A DNA stretch of 61,780 nucleotides, filler included, from Choristocarpus tenellus KU-1152 (Eukaryota > Protista > Phaeophyceae): the NCBI GenBank assembly GCA_964200185.2. It is 10 parts of 10 records of this genome, joined end to end, with 100 filler letters (N's around TTAATTAATTAA, not from the genome) between each part and the next. Parts side by side here need not be neighbours in the genome. Positions count along the whole stretch, not along the records: positions 37,744 to 45,722 come from CAXNAD020005312.1; positions 45,823 to 58,844 come from CAXNAD020001611.1; 8 more parts are not named here. The stretch is one strand, 5' to 3'. Both the position numbers and the translations under genes were made by a program. The notes under the pieces are model-generated. The model made no database searches. It was given only the letters and a program-made list of their open reading frames with translations, and was not told the DNA's origin. Shown one piece after another: positions 38,998-52,300 of the stretch; the stretch's first letter is position 1, and each line of letters begins with the position of its first letter.

Positions 38998-41541
38998 ATA
39001 ACTTTTGTCTGAGATTCTACTCAAGGATTGCCTTCCTTTTGTGTGTATCATACAGAATGGTGGTCTAGCTCATATATAGTTGTCTGGGCAAGGAATGCAT
39101 TCCTTTCATGTGTATCATACAATATGGTGGTCATAATACTTCTCACACATCAAAATTGTCAAAAATTGTCGCTCGTCAGAAATGTAAAAACGAATTAATT
39201 TACTATCCGATTGCATTGAATATTCTCAATATCCAGCGAACTTGAAGGAGAGCGATGCAAAGCATCTACTACCATACATGTATTTATAATGTGACATATT
39301 TATATATATATATACTCCTACGAGATTTCTTTGGGATCTCCGCACACAAACTTGTGAATGAGACGGGCGGTCACCCAAGTCATTTGAGCTCACCCATAAC
39401 GACCAGTCCAATAAACAACCACACCCATAAGATCCGGATTTGACCAAACAGCCAAAATGTACTGTCAGAACGAAGATCCATCATTCTGATTCTGACTGAT
39501 CCCTTTCTCTACTTTGACGTTTGCTGGGTCATTCGGGAACATTTTGTGTCTTGAGGTTTTTGTTCTGTTCTGGATTTCCTCATCTGTTCTGAGATGTTGG
39601 GCCAAGGCCTTTAATACTCGGTCTCATCCTCTGAGGTGGAAGAGTTTTCACTCCAGTGATTGTGATTGCCCCCTTCCTTGTGCAGAGAAATTGGCACCAT
39701 TAACACTTCCACAAATATGTAACATTCTCCGGATGTGACAAGAAAAGAAAGAAGTGAAAGTTTATTATGTAATCTGAGTTTTGTATGCGGAAGAGTTCTG
39801 ATTGGCTGGGGGCACAGGACAAGAGGAGGGTAGAGGCAACAAAAAGAAGGAAGCAAGAAGAGAACGAATGGAATATGGGCAGTAAGGTAGATTCAGAGAT
39901 AATAAAGGAAATCCATAGAACAACAAATTACTAAAGACTGACCACGATGTTATGGTGGACTGAAACAACGTTAGACATATAAATGATGAATCGGTCGGTT
40001 CCCACGGTAGTGGCCTTGGTAGAGATGAGAGTACATGCTAATTCGGTAAGTTATACGCGCAAATACTTAGTAGGTTAGTACACACAGCAGGAAGGGAAAG
40101 GGTTGAGGGTCCTGTCAGAGTTAGAGTTTAAGGGGTAGACGGGAAGTAGTAGGAGAGCTCGCCGGTTATGCCACAAAAATGGTTGTCCCATGGAGATCAT
40201 GATAAAAATGGGAAAGTTAATGGATCAGGGTAGGAGTAGTGTACCTGCGCTGATCTTGTGGAGTAAGTCCAGTTGAGATATCGCTCGAAAGATAGGGCCA
40301 GGACTGATGCTAGGTTTAGATCGATAAGTGGGATCGCGTGGATTTGACTTCTGCTGCTTACGTTGTTCAACCTAACCAATAGGACAAAAGGAAATTGAAT
40401 AGTGTGGACTCACTGTAGGATGATGTAGAGGGGACCACCCGGTTTAAGGGTAACGCGTGGAAGTTACGAGGTTAGTGATAAGACGTTTACTACGCTCAGG
40501 CACCCTGTGAATCAGTGCTTATGTCATTATGCGTAGCCATAAAATTTACGGATTATTGCTACAAACTCGGAGATAACGCGGTATAGAAAACAAAACAAAT
40601 AAGAAAACCTGTACCGAATGAGGACACGTAGTAGGTGGGGATTCTAGGTGGAGTCAGAGCTACGAAATTAAGTACAGATAATGGTCGAGTCCCGGAAGGG
40701 CACGCACTAGGTGGGAATTTTAGGTGGAGTGAAGTCATGAAAGTAAGAACTGGGGATTGGCAGTAGATGTGTATACAAAAAATAAACCGAGATTGCGATA
40801 GTTGAAAGAAAAATGGACTGGGCGAGAATATAACAAAAATATGGAGATAAAGAATGGTACACTAACATAAGGAGGGCGGTAGGGGAATGACTAACCGTAC
40901 CTCCTACACCACCCCGTGTACAAATGTTGGATAACCATGTGAATAAAGGGCTACTGCTTAAGATGGGAGGTTACATTTGAGGGCTTTAGATTGTAAAAAA
41001 AAAAGGAGGGGGGGGGAAGGAGAGAGACCATAATGTACGACTGTTAATGGAGCTTCTGCTGGTATCCTTTCTGCAATTAGGAACAAGTTGCCACAGTGAA
41101 GGAAAGTAATCAGCCAAAAGATAGTGCCCAACAACAGTAAGATAATCAGTTCAAGTCAATACTAAGGCCGGGGGGCGAGCGGGGAGATTCAGGTCATGGT
41201 AGTGGGAGGAATTAGATACAATGGTATTGCATGAACGTCTCCACAGTTCGAGTTGCACAAGGAGTGGAATAGATGCGCTCAATTGAAAGGAACATATAGG
41301 AATAAAATGCTAAATTCCCGTCAATAAAAAAAAGAAAGGTATTATATATAGTTGTAGTTTATTGACATAGAAGTGTCTATGGAGATGTAATTTGTTTAGG
41401 TGAGCCCTGAACCATCTAAGAAAAAAATGCACTCTTTGCTGATCCTAAGTACATAATGTAACTATGAAGGTCTCACACCCGAGTCAACTCACAAGCAGCT
41501 ACGACTGATCCAGGTCAATGATGCACAATACACGTTTTTGT

Positions 41542-42430
41542 CCTTACGGAACCCAACCAGACTAGTCCCTAGCAGATTACGTAAGGCAATAATGAGGGGG
41601 GTGCATGAACAATGTTTGAGTAATGGATTGATCCTTGACTAGGGGCGAGTAAGGCGGACTTGAGAATACAGGTATAACACAGATGTTGGATGGAAGTGAT
41701 CTTCAACAGCCTTTCAAGGTGAGAGGAGTTCAAGAACATGCAGGGGGAAGGGGGGGGGGCATATGCAATAGACTTTGAGATGTGTCTTATCAGGGACGGT
41801 GGCTTTAATGGTAATGCCTTGGTCGGATGATGGGTATTTCCCTTTTGTCAAAGACTAGAGGGGAGCGGCTTGTTTTGGATTAAATACTCAAGGAAATGTA
41901 ATTACATTAAAAGTGGTAATATTGGGGGGGGGCAAGGATATACTTATGAAGCTCCTAATCAAACCAGCGGAAACGTTGTGAAAGCATTAAGTATTACAGA
42001 TCTACTTTAAAAAAATAAAAAAATTACGGGGAGTTTGATATCAACAATGCAAGGAGTGTGTGGCTAGCCAAAAATTGGGCGTACCAAGACTGATCTAGAC
42101 TAACACATGGCCATTACATGTCCTAGCCCTTACGCAACCCATCCAGACCAGCCTCTACCAGATTACGCAAGGCAACGTCGAGGAGTGTGCATGAACAATG
42201 TTTGAACAATGGGTTGATCCCCGTCTAGGGGTGGGAAAGTGAACTTGAGAACACAGGTACGGTACAGAAACTAGATGGAGATGATCTCTAATAGCCTGCC
42301 AACGTAGGTGAAGTTCAAGAAGGCACAGAGGGGTGGGGGGGGGAAGGGGGGGGGGGAGGATAGACTTATGAAATTCATAATCAAAACCACCTGAAACCCG
42401 TCAAAGCATTCAGTATGACAGATTTCATCA
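41542..42430 (+). repeat. Diverged tandem duplication (41542-42010 and 42128-42430)
   Basis: Shared blocks CAGATTACG(T/C)AAGGCAA, GTGCATGAACAATGTTTGA, ACTTGAGAA(T/C)ACAGGTA, AGTTCAAGAA, ACTTATGAA. Confidence 0.8.
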
Positions 42431-42499
42431 ATACCGCAAAAATAATTGGCATTACCTAGCTTGGTTGAGTGTGGTACGTTTTACTCCAAATCGAAATAG

Positions 42500-43626
42500 A
42501 AGGAAAGTAAGGTGGGTCATAGGTCCCGCAAGTCTGCCTTGGGGTTTCATTTGGTGGCTGGCGTACCCACTGGGCTTACGCTGGGAAAGGGGCTGTTTGG
42601 GTAGACTAGGGGGTAAAGGGGGGGGCAGAAGGGATAAACATAGAAGTGTTATGAGACAGCTTGGGACCAATGGCCCGAGTTCCGTACATATAGAGGATTG
42701 AGTAGGTGGTTAGACCCCAGAAGTCGACAGGTAGATGTAGTAAGGCCCTAGCGGAGTTCATGTTATGGCTGTGGGATTAGGGGGAACCAAGTAAGCACAG
42801 TTAAGGGTAAGATGGCGGCAATCCGATATTACCACAAACACTTTCTTAACTGTCAATTTTCCACACAACATGTCAGGACTCACTAGGTGCTCAACGGGGA
42901 TAGGGAGGAGCCACACAAACGTAGGGAGTGAGCCTAAGAGAAGGAGACCTCTGAAATGGAGAATGATTGCAGAAACAAAGCAGTACACTGAAACGTTAGG
43001 TAGGGAAGGTAAATTGACGAGGCTAGGATTGGGCTTCTCGTTTTCTACCCAGAGCATCAGAGTTGTGGGCGTATGATGAAGGGGGGAAGTTCATGGAGAT
43101 TTTGTAGTCAGAAGCAGGGATTTAGTCCGGAGGAGAGGAGCGGAAAGAGTGAGGTGGGAGGATAGACACCAAGCAGAAAAAGTAGAGGTAACGTTCACTG
43201 GGTCTCAAAGGGACCAGGGTAGGAAGGGAGAAGTATTGACCAGGCTTAAGGTGAAGAAAAAAGGTGTAGGAAGCATGGGAGGTTGGGAGGTGGTAATGGC
43301 TATCATGGAATGTTTCCCAGAACTCCCCCCCGACCCCCCACGGATGACATGTAGGCGAGGAGAGGGATGGAGGGTGATCACGAGGGGTCAAGCGACGTGT
43401 GTCCTGAGGAGAGTGGTAAAGGAACTGAAGTTAAGACCAGAGGAGTATGCCTTTCCTTCGGGTAGAATAGGGGGAGCTACGACAGAGATTGGAAACCATG
43501 GGGGTATCGGAACTAGTAATATAGAGGAGGGGGAGATGGAAGTCGAGTGCATTTACGGTATACGTAAGGGCTGACCAGAGAGACCCGGTGTGGGTTTCAA
43601 AGAGCTTGGCAGAGAGTGGGAGGTAA
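42500..43626 (+). mobile_element. Decayed tyrosine-recombinase retrotransposon (DIRS/Ngaro-like): YR pseudogene preceded by a possible RNase H remnant
   Basis: Across frameshifts: RRPLKWRMI, RASELWAY, FTGSQRDQGRKG, YAFPSGRIGGAT, GVSELVI*RRGRWKSSAFTVYVR, i.e. the YR catalytic boxes in order. Confidence 0.8.
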
Positions 43627-43717
43627 TGGGTGTCCAACCAGGGCAGGAGGTATGGGGATGAGCGAGAAAGAAATCAACCCCGAACGGGGAGGGGAGGTCA
43701 AGTTTGGGCGGGGTAGA

Positions 43718-43897
43718 GGCTCAAAGTATCGGGGGGGGTGGCGGCTGTCCATTTTGGGCCAATGTTTTCATGTCGCGATTTTTTGGTGATTTAGTTGCAT
43801 ACGTCGGATCGATAAATGTTAGTGCACTTTTCCTGGTTATGGATCAAATGGACACCCTGGTGTAGACCCCCTCCCCCCCCCCCAGACACTTTGGGTC
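43718..43897 (+). mobile_element. MITE family B, complete 180-bp copy
   Basis: GGCTCAAAGTATC-GGGGG ... CCCCCAGACACTTTGGGTC; AGA on both flanks. Confidence 0.9.
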
Positions 43898-44240
43898 AGA
43901 TATCTTCTAGCTCAAAGGCATGGTATGAAGTGGATCATGAAGGGGTGTTCTTGGATGATTGTGGGGTGGTGTTGAGTGGTGTGGGGTGAGTGGAGTGGTA
44001 GCTGCCGTGTGGTTGAAGGGTACAGGGGGTGACTGTAAATCAGTGACGAAAGGGGTTTGCACTGGTTGGTCACTATAAGGGGGGGGGGTGACTGGAAATC
44101 AGTGACGAAAGGGGTTCGCACTGTTTGGTCCTTAGAGTTGGGGAGTAAATAGGAAACCAGTGGCGAAGAGGTCGCACAGGGCTGGTCAGAATAGGGGATA
44201 CATGGGGAAGGAAAGGAATGGGGAAATGAGTGAATTGCAA

Positions 44241-44843
44241 ATACGGAATAAGTGAATAATAATAATCCAGAACTCATGAGCAAAACAAAACAATCAAAAC
44301 TTTTCACATGTATGTGAGAAAATTCCTTCATATTTTTACATTTTGTAGATGTGTTACAGTGGGTGGATTCATATAAGAGAGGGTGAATTGCCTTGTCACG
44401 ACCTTTCAGACTATAAGAGAGGTTCCCGTGTTTTCATGCCAATTTTCTATTATATCAAGCAAACTCACATTTTCTTTAACTGCTTGAGCAAGGGTTTGCT
44501 CAGAAAGTCATGTCTAAAGTTAGACAACGTATGACAAAGCCATAAACCTGCTCAAGACCACCAGTACAAAGCATAGCAGTCTCTTGTCTCTCAGTAGTGT
44601 ACAGTACAGTATATACGGGATATCGCATCAAGTTTAGACGACTGCATTCTACAGATATAATGATGCCCTGCACAGCGGGATCCAGCTGCAACATAAATGG
44701 TAATTCATACTGACATATGTATAGTCTTCATTTGTGTCCCCCCTGACACATCTGCAAAATGTCAGAGGGCATAATAATAAAAATAATGAAAAGTAATATG
44801 TGGAAAGGATGTTTGTCTGTTATTATATCTTTATTTTCGTATG
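44241..44843. mobile_element. Family C foldback-like element
   Basis: ACATTTTGTAGATGTGT (~44338) inverted against ACACATCTGCAAAATGT (~44747); degenerate AT-rich outer arms. Confidence 0.5.
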
Positions 44844-44989
44844 TCATATACCGTTATACCGTTGTACCGATTGAGGTTCCCTGTCAAGCATCCATGATTC
44901 CACTGGCGGATCTTCCGTCAGAATGAAACCGTGGAATCTCTTCACGAGACCAATCCCACAGACTTGGGACAGCTGGTAATTCAGAGTTG

Positions 44990-45246
44990 TCACACACGGG
45001 GTATCCACTTTGTTCTCACGTCTTGACTTGTGGTGATGAAGTCCCATCTTCGAAGATGCTCATCTCTCCTCAATTTGTACTTGTCCAACCGTAACCTCGT
45101 ACACTCGGTTACGGTTTGTCTTTGTTCGTCTGGTCCGTCTTGTACGGTGATTCTCTTCGCCACCCTTGTCTGAGTTAACCACGCCGCCACAGAATCACGC
45201 GATTCACATTTAACAAGCCCTTAACGGATGGTATATTCATCGCCAT
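44990..45246 (-). pseudogene. Frameshifted paralog of the first exon of the filamin-domain gene
   Basis: ACAAGCCCTTAACGGATGGTATATTCATCGCCATATA versus ACAAGCCCTTAGCGGATGGCATCTTCATCGTCATATA near 38965-39000; upstream sequence also similar; MAMNIPSVKGLL stops after 23 codons. Confidence 0.55.
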
Positions 45247-45569
45247 ATATCTGTTGTCAGAGATTCAACACAAGGAATGCGTTCCTTTTGTGTGTATCCT
45301 ACATTATGGTAGTGATTACAATACTTCTCACCAATCACAGTTGTCATGTTACAAGAGTCTTATGGTTTCGTTTCCACTCACTGAACTTCTGTGGTGAGGC
45401 AGGTGCCGACTACCATGTGGGATTTGTAACGTCCACATGGATAAGCGGAAAAGAAATAGTATCTACTTTTCATATGTATCGTATATGATGTATCAACAGA
45501 TAATCTAATATCAGGTCCCTACCATACATGAATTCACATATTTGCTTGTCTTCAGTATAGCAAGTGTAT

Positions 45570-45722
45570 GAGCCAAAGTATCTTAGAGGGTCGAGCCGCG
45601 TCCATTTGGGGACTAAAATCTAAAGTTGCGATTTTGATGAAATTTTGACTATTGTGTTTGTTTGGAAGTGTCAATATCCTTGTTCCAGACACACCTTTTC
45701 ATAACATATACACTTTATCAAC
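45570..45722 (+). mobile_element. MITE family A, cut by contig end
   Basis: GAGCCAAAGTATCTTAGAGGGT... colinear with the copy at 816. Confidence 0.9.
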
Positions 45723-45822
45723 NNNNNNNNNNNNNNNNNNNNNNNNNNNNNNNNNNNNNNNNNNNNTTAATTAATTAANNNNNNNNNNNNNNNNNNNNNN
45801 NNNNNNNNNNNNNNNNNNNNNN

Positions 45823-45894
<72 letters not shown>

Positions 45895-46350
45895 CAGAAA
45901 TACAGGAGTGGTTGGATTGTATCATTCCTTTGACATATTGTAGCAAGGGGGGTTAGGTCTGGTGGATAGGGGAAGGAGAGATGAATAACATGGATCACAT
46001 AGCTCATTCTGAGGCCATGTAATACACATACACATAAATCAACAGGACACTCCTTACACCCTGCTGCTAAAGCACTACACACATTTCCCCATCAGAAGAA
46101 CAGAAAAACACCTTAAGTTTTTTCCAGTGAGACTATCAAGTAGTTTCTTCCCCATGCGCACATCAACGCCTCAGCATATTGTCACAAAATCTCACTCCCA
46201 CCAACTGTACACCTCCCCCCTCCTCTCGAAGCAAGCACCTAGAAACATACATAATTAGCCTAGGTTCAAGGTAATTCCAACTCTCTCGTTTCAAAACCAA
46301 AGAACATGTGCACATTGTATGGGTATGCATATAGGTACCCACACACATAC

Positions 46351-49300
46351 CTCCTGGAGTATCATGTCGCTTAGCAAATGCAAGGAGTGAGCGGTGTAGT
46401 TCTGCCAGCTTCTCAGAGGGGGTACTTGCAGCCACCTGAGAAGAAAGACACAGTTGTACCAGACACAGGAGAACAATGTGAGGAGGTGAGCTTGTGACAC
46501 TATGGTGGAGTAGGACGTGATGAGAACAATACAACAAGACAGAAGTGAGAAGGGGGTAGGTCAGCTTTGTGTGAAATCCTCGAACTGACTCTACTTGATA
46601 TTAATCAAATCAGACACTATGCAAACCAAATCTGCAGGATCGGCTACCAGGTCCATTTAAATAAAACTGCAATGCAGGCTGGACCATAGATATATCTGAA
46701 AGCCAGGGACCAGCACTTTTCAAAATACACCTTATCTGGGCCGCTGTCCTGACCACACCTATGATAAACCTCTGCAGTCCAAGACTGAAGCATTGCTAAA
46801 TATACCATGCCATGGGGTGGCCCGAACTGGACAGGACACCTCTATGCAACCACCAATACTCTCGAGCACAGCGATATATAGGTACACCAACCACAGTAAT
46901 GACAGACCTACGTCTTGTTAGCCATAACCTTGGAGTGCTGAATGTCAGTTACATCAAAATCCAATAGGGAAATATATGAGATGTACAGTAGTCAGGGCTA
47001 TTCACAAGTGTGCATTTTTGGCTGTAGAGTGGTCACAGTCGTTTGGAATGGACCTTTCCAAACCACTCTGAGGCACAGGAACAGACCTTACAGAAACACA
47101 CGAGCCTGACCAAAGTCAAGACCACAGTCAAGACAAAAACCTTTCTGATTATCTGAGACCTGGGACTGTACCTTTCAGAAATATGCTGAACTGGGCTGTG
47201 GTCCATATTATACTATACCTTTCAAGAAAAGTTTTACACCAGGTCGTCCTAGGCCAAAGTGTACCAGGTCTACCTACCCCTCCCCACATAGTATCAATCA
47301 CAACAACCACGCAGTAGAGTAGAGTCACAGCATGTCAAAGTGGACTGGCCAATCACATTGGACCACAGTGCAACATTTAAGGTAGAAGCATGTAGCTCGA
47401 CAGGTCACCTACTAATGCAGAGATTTCTATTTACTTCCAACTTGGAAATCAGCACCCATCAGAGTGGCAAGAGAATATATCATAATATCATGTAACATAA
47501 TACATATTTACACCCAGCCAACAGCAGTGAAAGCGATTCAGACTACACCATCAACACTCTATGTTTGAAGTCATACCGCACTGCTGACTACACTGAAACC
47601 CTAACCCTAAACCCTGTTACGGTGCCAAGGTACAAAAAAAGAACAATTATCAGTAAAAGAAGAGTAATGGTTGCAACCACAAACAGTCATGATGCACATA
47701 TGTGCATGAACTAACCTGTGAGCATGTGTCACATAAAGCAGTCAGCAACAAGTTCAACCACAAACACAAGTCTTGGAAGACCACTTGAACGACCAAAACA
47801 ATCAAACAATGCATGCCTGGACTGGTCATACCAAGCACACCAGTCTGCTAGACTCGGGGAGAGGCCCTGGATTTAACTGGACTGTGGTCCGAACCAGATC
47901 AAAGTATACTTAACTAACTACCTGACTTGAGCTAAAGTCCTGGAAATTTAAGTAGAAAAATAGAAAGAGTATAGAGGTTGGTTGCTATCCAGGACAAGAC
48001 GTAGATAACGTTAAAAAGCATAAAATAAAAACAGCACTTAAGAGTCCATTTCATCTATGATGCATGCCATAAATATTATAGTCCTGATCCTCTACAGCGA
48101 ACAATGTTCAGGACGACTGCTGCAACAAACCATTTCCCCTGTAATTCACACTGTTTGGAGAACGACTTATTGCTTGCAATACAGTGTCGAAGTTGCTGTA
48201 CGCAAGCATATCATTGCCTAAGGCATGCTGTTGTGTGAGGTAGAAAATCTGGGATGGCATGGAGGCAGAGAGCACAACCCATCCAAGAGACTATCCCGCA
48301 GGGCGGTAAGATTGCCTTAATGGTTGCCTGTCAATAAACAAACCAATCGCCTACCATGTCAAGCAATCAAAATAGTCCCCTCCACTGTGTAAACACCAAA
48401 CATCCATGTGGACACAACAACACTCACAACAACCGGAACTAAAGTAAGTAATATTAATATATCCATCTCACTTGAATGAGGAACTGATGCCACTGGTGAG
48501 CAGAGCGTTGAATGTTTACAATGGTCTTGCCCGCCAGCACTTGGTTGGGGATGTAGAACAGCTGTGGGGTGGGGTGGGGGTGGGGTGGGGGGAAAGGGCG
48601 ACACAATTAGACATCTTCAGCCCCCCCAAACAATCTCTCGTCTAAATTTAGAAAGTATTACCATGAGTAATCGCGGCCCACCTTCCCTAGTCCTCAAGTT
48701 TGCCACTACATAGAGCACCGTTTGGTGAAAGTGTGTCCTCATCTGGGGCCTCACCCATCACCCCTGGTTCCTGCCCACCTGCTCATCCCAGCGCTTGAGC
48801 ACAGTGCTGAGAAGATTAATCTTCACCACCTTGAGATTGGATGGCTCCTCCCCAGGTCGGTCAGTGTATATGAGAATACGGTCTCCCACATCAAACACCC
48901 GCATAACAAAGATAAAGACCATTGAGGTGAAGAGGTTTGATGCCACATCACCAATCATGAACGAGATGGCAATCAGGAAGGTTGCAAAGGTCACACTGAG
49001 GGTCACCACATCCTGCCCCCAGATGGATAGCCAGACAAACTAACAAATTGTGGGGGGAAGACAAGGACAACAGTCAAAAGGGCATGGCAAAGCAAGAAGG
49101 AATCATTAGGACTATGCAGGAGAACACACTCAACTGTTTGTTGGTGCATGTACCCCTCTACCATACTATGACTTTGACATACTCATACAAAATGCACAAT
49201 AAAGCCACAAACAAAGAGAAAAGTTGTGTATTGAATAGCTTGTCTCTGAGCTAAAAAAGGAACAGGGAGGTGCAAGTGTTTCTAACTCTTTTGGATTGAT

Positions 49301-52300
49301 AAAGTCCTTCCAACTTTTAAAAAAACGGCAGCGATAGGGATAACTTGCTCCTGCCAACTATCATTACCCTCCGTGTGATACACCCACAAAATACCCCAAA
49401 TGCACCCCACTCCTGGCGAAACCGGCTCTTCTGTATCCATACCTGCCTTCACTAAGGACTTGTGGTGCACTTGCCCTACTAATACCAATATACTGCATAC
49501 TACAATAAATTTTAGGAGTACACAAGAAACAAGAAACAGACTGAGAACGGTGTGGAACCAATAGTGTTGTTGTGACTACATAATAAATTGAGGGGAAAGA
49601 CTTAAATCAGTATTTACTCGAGCAGACGCCTCTACCATTTAGATTCCCTCACTTCAATCATCATCCAGCACACTGAAAGTTTGTACCTAATTCAACTCAT
49701 ACTCACCCGACCTTTAGATCCACAACACTGACAGAGGTATACCTTGAATTCAAAAGAGTATAAAGGAACTCTGTATTACACCATGTTTAAGTACCTATGT
49801 GGAAAATCCTTGACAAGGAGGTAAGACTATGTTGGATATGACTACACTCTACTAGTACCACACAAACCAAACCAAACTCATTCCGATAAGAGTGATCATT
49901 GAGAAGGTTTGCTGTCTTAATACCATTGTCCCATATTCATATAGTAATAAGTCACAATTCTGTTGCACTGCACCCAAGTCAACTACCCCAAAAAAGTAGA
50001 CCAAATACACCTTGGTATCTACCAAAAAATGAAGGGTAAGTTCTTCTTATCTACAACTGCAACCCAAAGGAACTGTGGCAGTGAAGTGGTACCTGTCAGG
50101 GGGGGGGAGGGATATCTGACTTGCTTACCACAAGGATGAAAATCACCAATGTAAGGACGATCTGTCCAAGTTTCTTGGCAATGCGCTCGCTGTCATCAAG
50201 AGTCAGCGCCAAGTTGCTGTGGTCCTTGAAAGTGCGCACCACACCTGAAACCATCTCCTGCAAAACACAAACAACCAAGTCAACAATTGAGCAAACAAAC
50301 ACAGAGGGGGGGTATAGAGGGGGTAGAGGTGGTTTGAACGAGAGTTACATGGCTAAGGGAGGAGACAAGGGTGGACGTTCACTGCGCAATAGCAGTGGAC
50401 AGATGGGGACAGCTATGACAATAGCAGATGGGTCTCTCACCAACCCCGCAAAATCACGTAAAAGACTTGATAAGGCATCTCAGCATACCAAGATGAGAGG
50501 GCAGAAGGCAAGTGGGCAAGGATCAAAGTGCGGTTGTCACAACAGCAGTGCTCAGTGGTTTCCAATGTTCCAATGTCAACACATGCTCAGCCAGCTATAT
50601 TTTAGGGAAGGCGGAAAGGTGAATGGGATTGAGGGATAATGAGCTATTCATAGTAGCATTTATTTGAAACAATGAACCAGCTCTTGACATAGAATGAATG
50701 GCTACACATATCAAATCTACAATGAAAAGAACCACATGGAGTCTAGAAGTCAATTCGTCGCGAATTTGCAAGCAACATCTTGTCCTCCATGTTCCGCCCA
50801 CATACATCACATACATTTCATTGTGTCCTCTGTTGAATGTTTTAAACGTTCAAGGTCTCCTGCTCTGTGTGGCAACAACGCCTCCGCAATGTGTGCAAAA
50901 AAACAGTGAACAAAAGCCTGCCCCAAGTGCTTCCTACCGGCAAACGAAAACTTTGAACAAGCTTAGCAGAGCAAACCTTGTGCCTCCCCCCTCCCCCTCC
51001 TTGATTCTCTCACGATGTGGTTCTTCAGCACAGACAAAAGTAACTGCAAAGACCATTCGACGCTTGTCTCCTGTCACTCCTTTCAGCGGGGGCATTGCAT
51101 CAACTGTCCTCTCAAAAAGTTAACCATAGAGTGTGCTCGTTTCTCTTCATCCGTACAAAACAAAAGAGTTAAGAGCACACCTGCCTCAATCAATACCGAC
51201 ACCGCAGCAGACTAGACAGCATCACAGCACATGGCATCACCTGCTTTCATGCTCCAACCCTCAGTAATCCACAACTAACACCCCTCTACTCTCTTCAAGA
51301 TTCTGTCCTATGCCCCGAATCTACCCCTCCCCTGTTTGGTCTCCCCCAAATAATCCCCACTCACATCCCGAGAGACACTCCCACTCCCATCCAGGTCAAA
51401 CATCTGATAGGCCACATCCAACAGAGCAGGCTTCATCGCAGGGCACAGCGAATTACCATACAGCATCTCCTCCTTCACCCTCTGTTTCTCCTTTTCCTCC
51501 TTCCTTATCCTCTTGTCCACCGCCCCATCTTTCCTCTCCCCCCCTTCCCCTTCCCCCTTCCCCTCCCCCTCACCAGTAGAGGTGCCTACCTCATTCAACC
51601 CGCGCGATACATTATCTTCTGAGCAATAGCCTAAGCTCCTACTGTTGTCCGGGTCCCCCAGAATGATATCCTCAGGATTCCTCCGAACAATAACCTTCCA
51701 GTCTTCGACTGTCCTACAGCGAGTGATCTGTTCTTGTGTTGCCTTATCTTCCTCAAACCCATTCCCAAAAATATTCGATACTGCTGCAAAGCCATCCTCA
51801 AATGCCGCTGCAAGGGTCCCCTTCAGATGTGTACTCTTGGTGCTTGTCCGTCCCACAGTGCCTCCACCTCCCAGGTTTACACCATTGAAGCGAGCAACTG
51901 CTATTGGACCTTCGGAACTTGCCCTCTTGGGTTGTACAATGCATTCAGGACCATCTCGTAAAAGAAGTTTGTAAGATTTATCTATTTTTGAGTCCTCTAG
52001 GGCGGCTTCCTTAGCTGCCACAGCCTTGGCCTTGGCCTCAGCATCTGCCTTTGCGTAGTCCAGGAGCTTTGTGAAGAGGTAATTGCCAAGGGCAGCAGCA
52101 TCATCCCTTGAGTCGAGGGTATCACTACCTCCAATCTCCCTGTGCCCAGTTAAAAAATATTGAGAGTGCATGGTTAGTAAGAGGGTAGGGTAGGGGGAAG
52201 GGATGGGGAGTAGTGGAGTGATTCGTGCAGACTAGTATTACAGCTTGTACATCAAGAATTTGTACAGAGTAGGATGGCGTATCTCCAGATAAGAATCAGG

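Noticed and set aside
45823-45893. 71-nt poly-G tract (also 21279-21318)
   Set aside because: At contig ends; length probably a sequencing or assembly artefact
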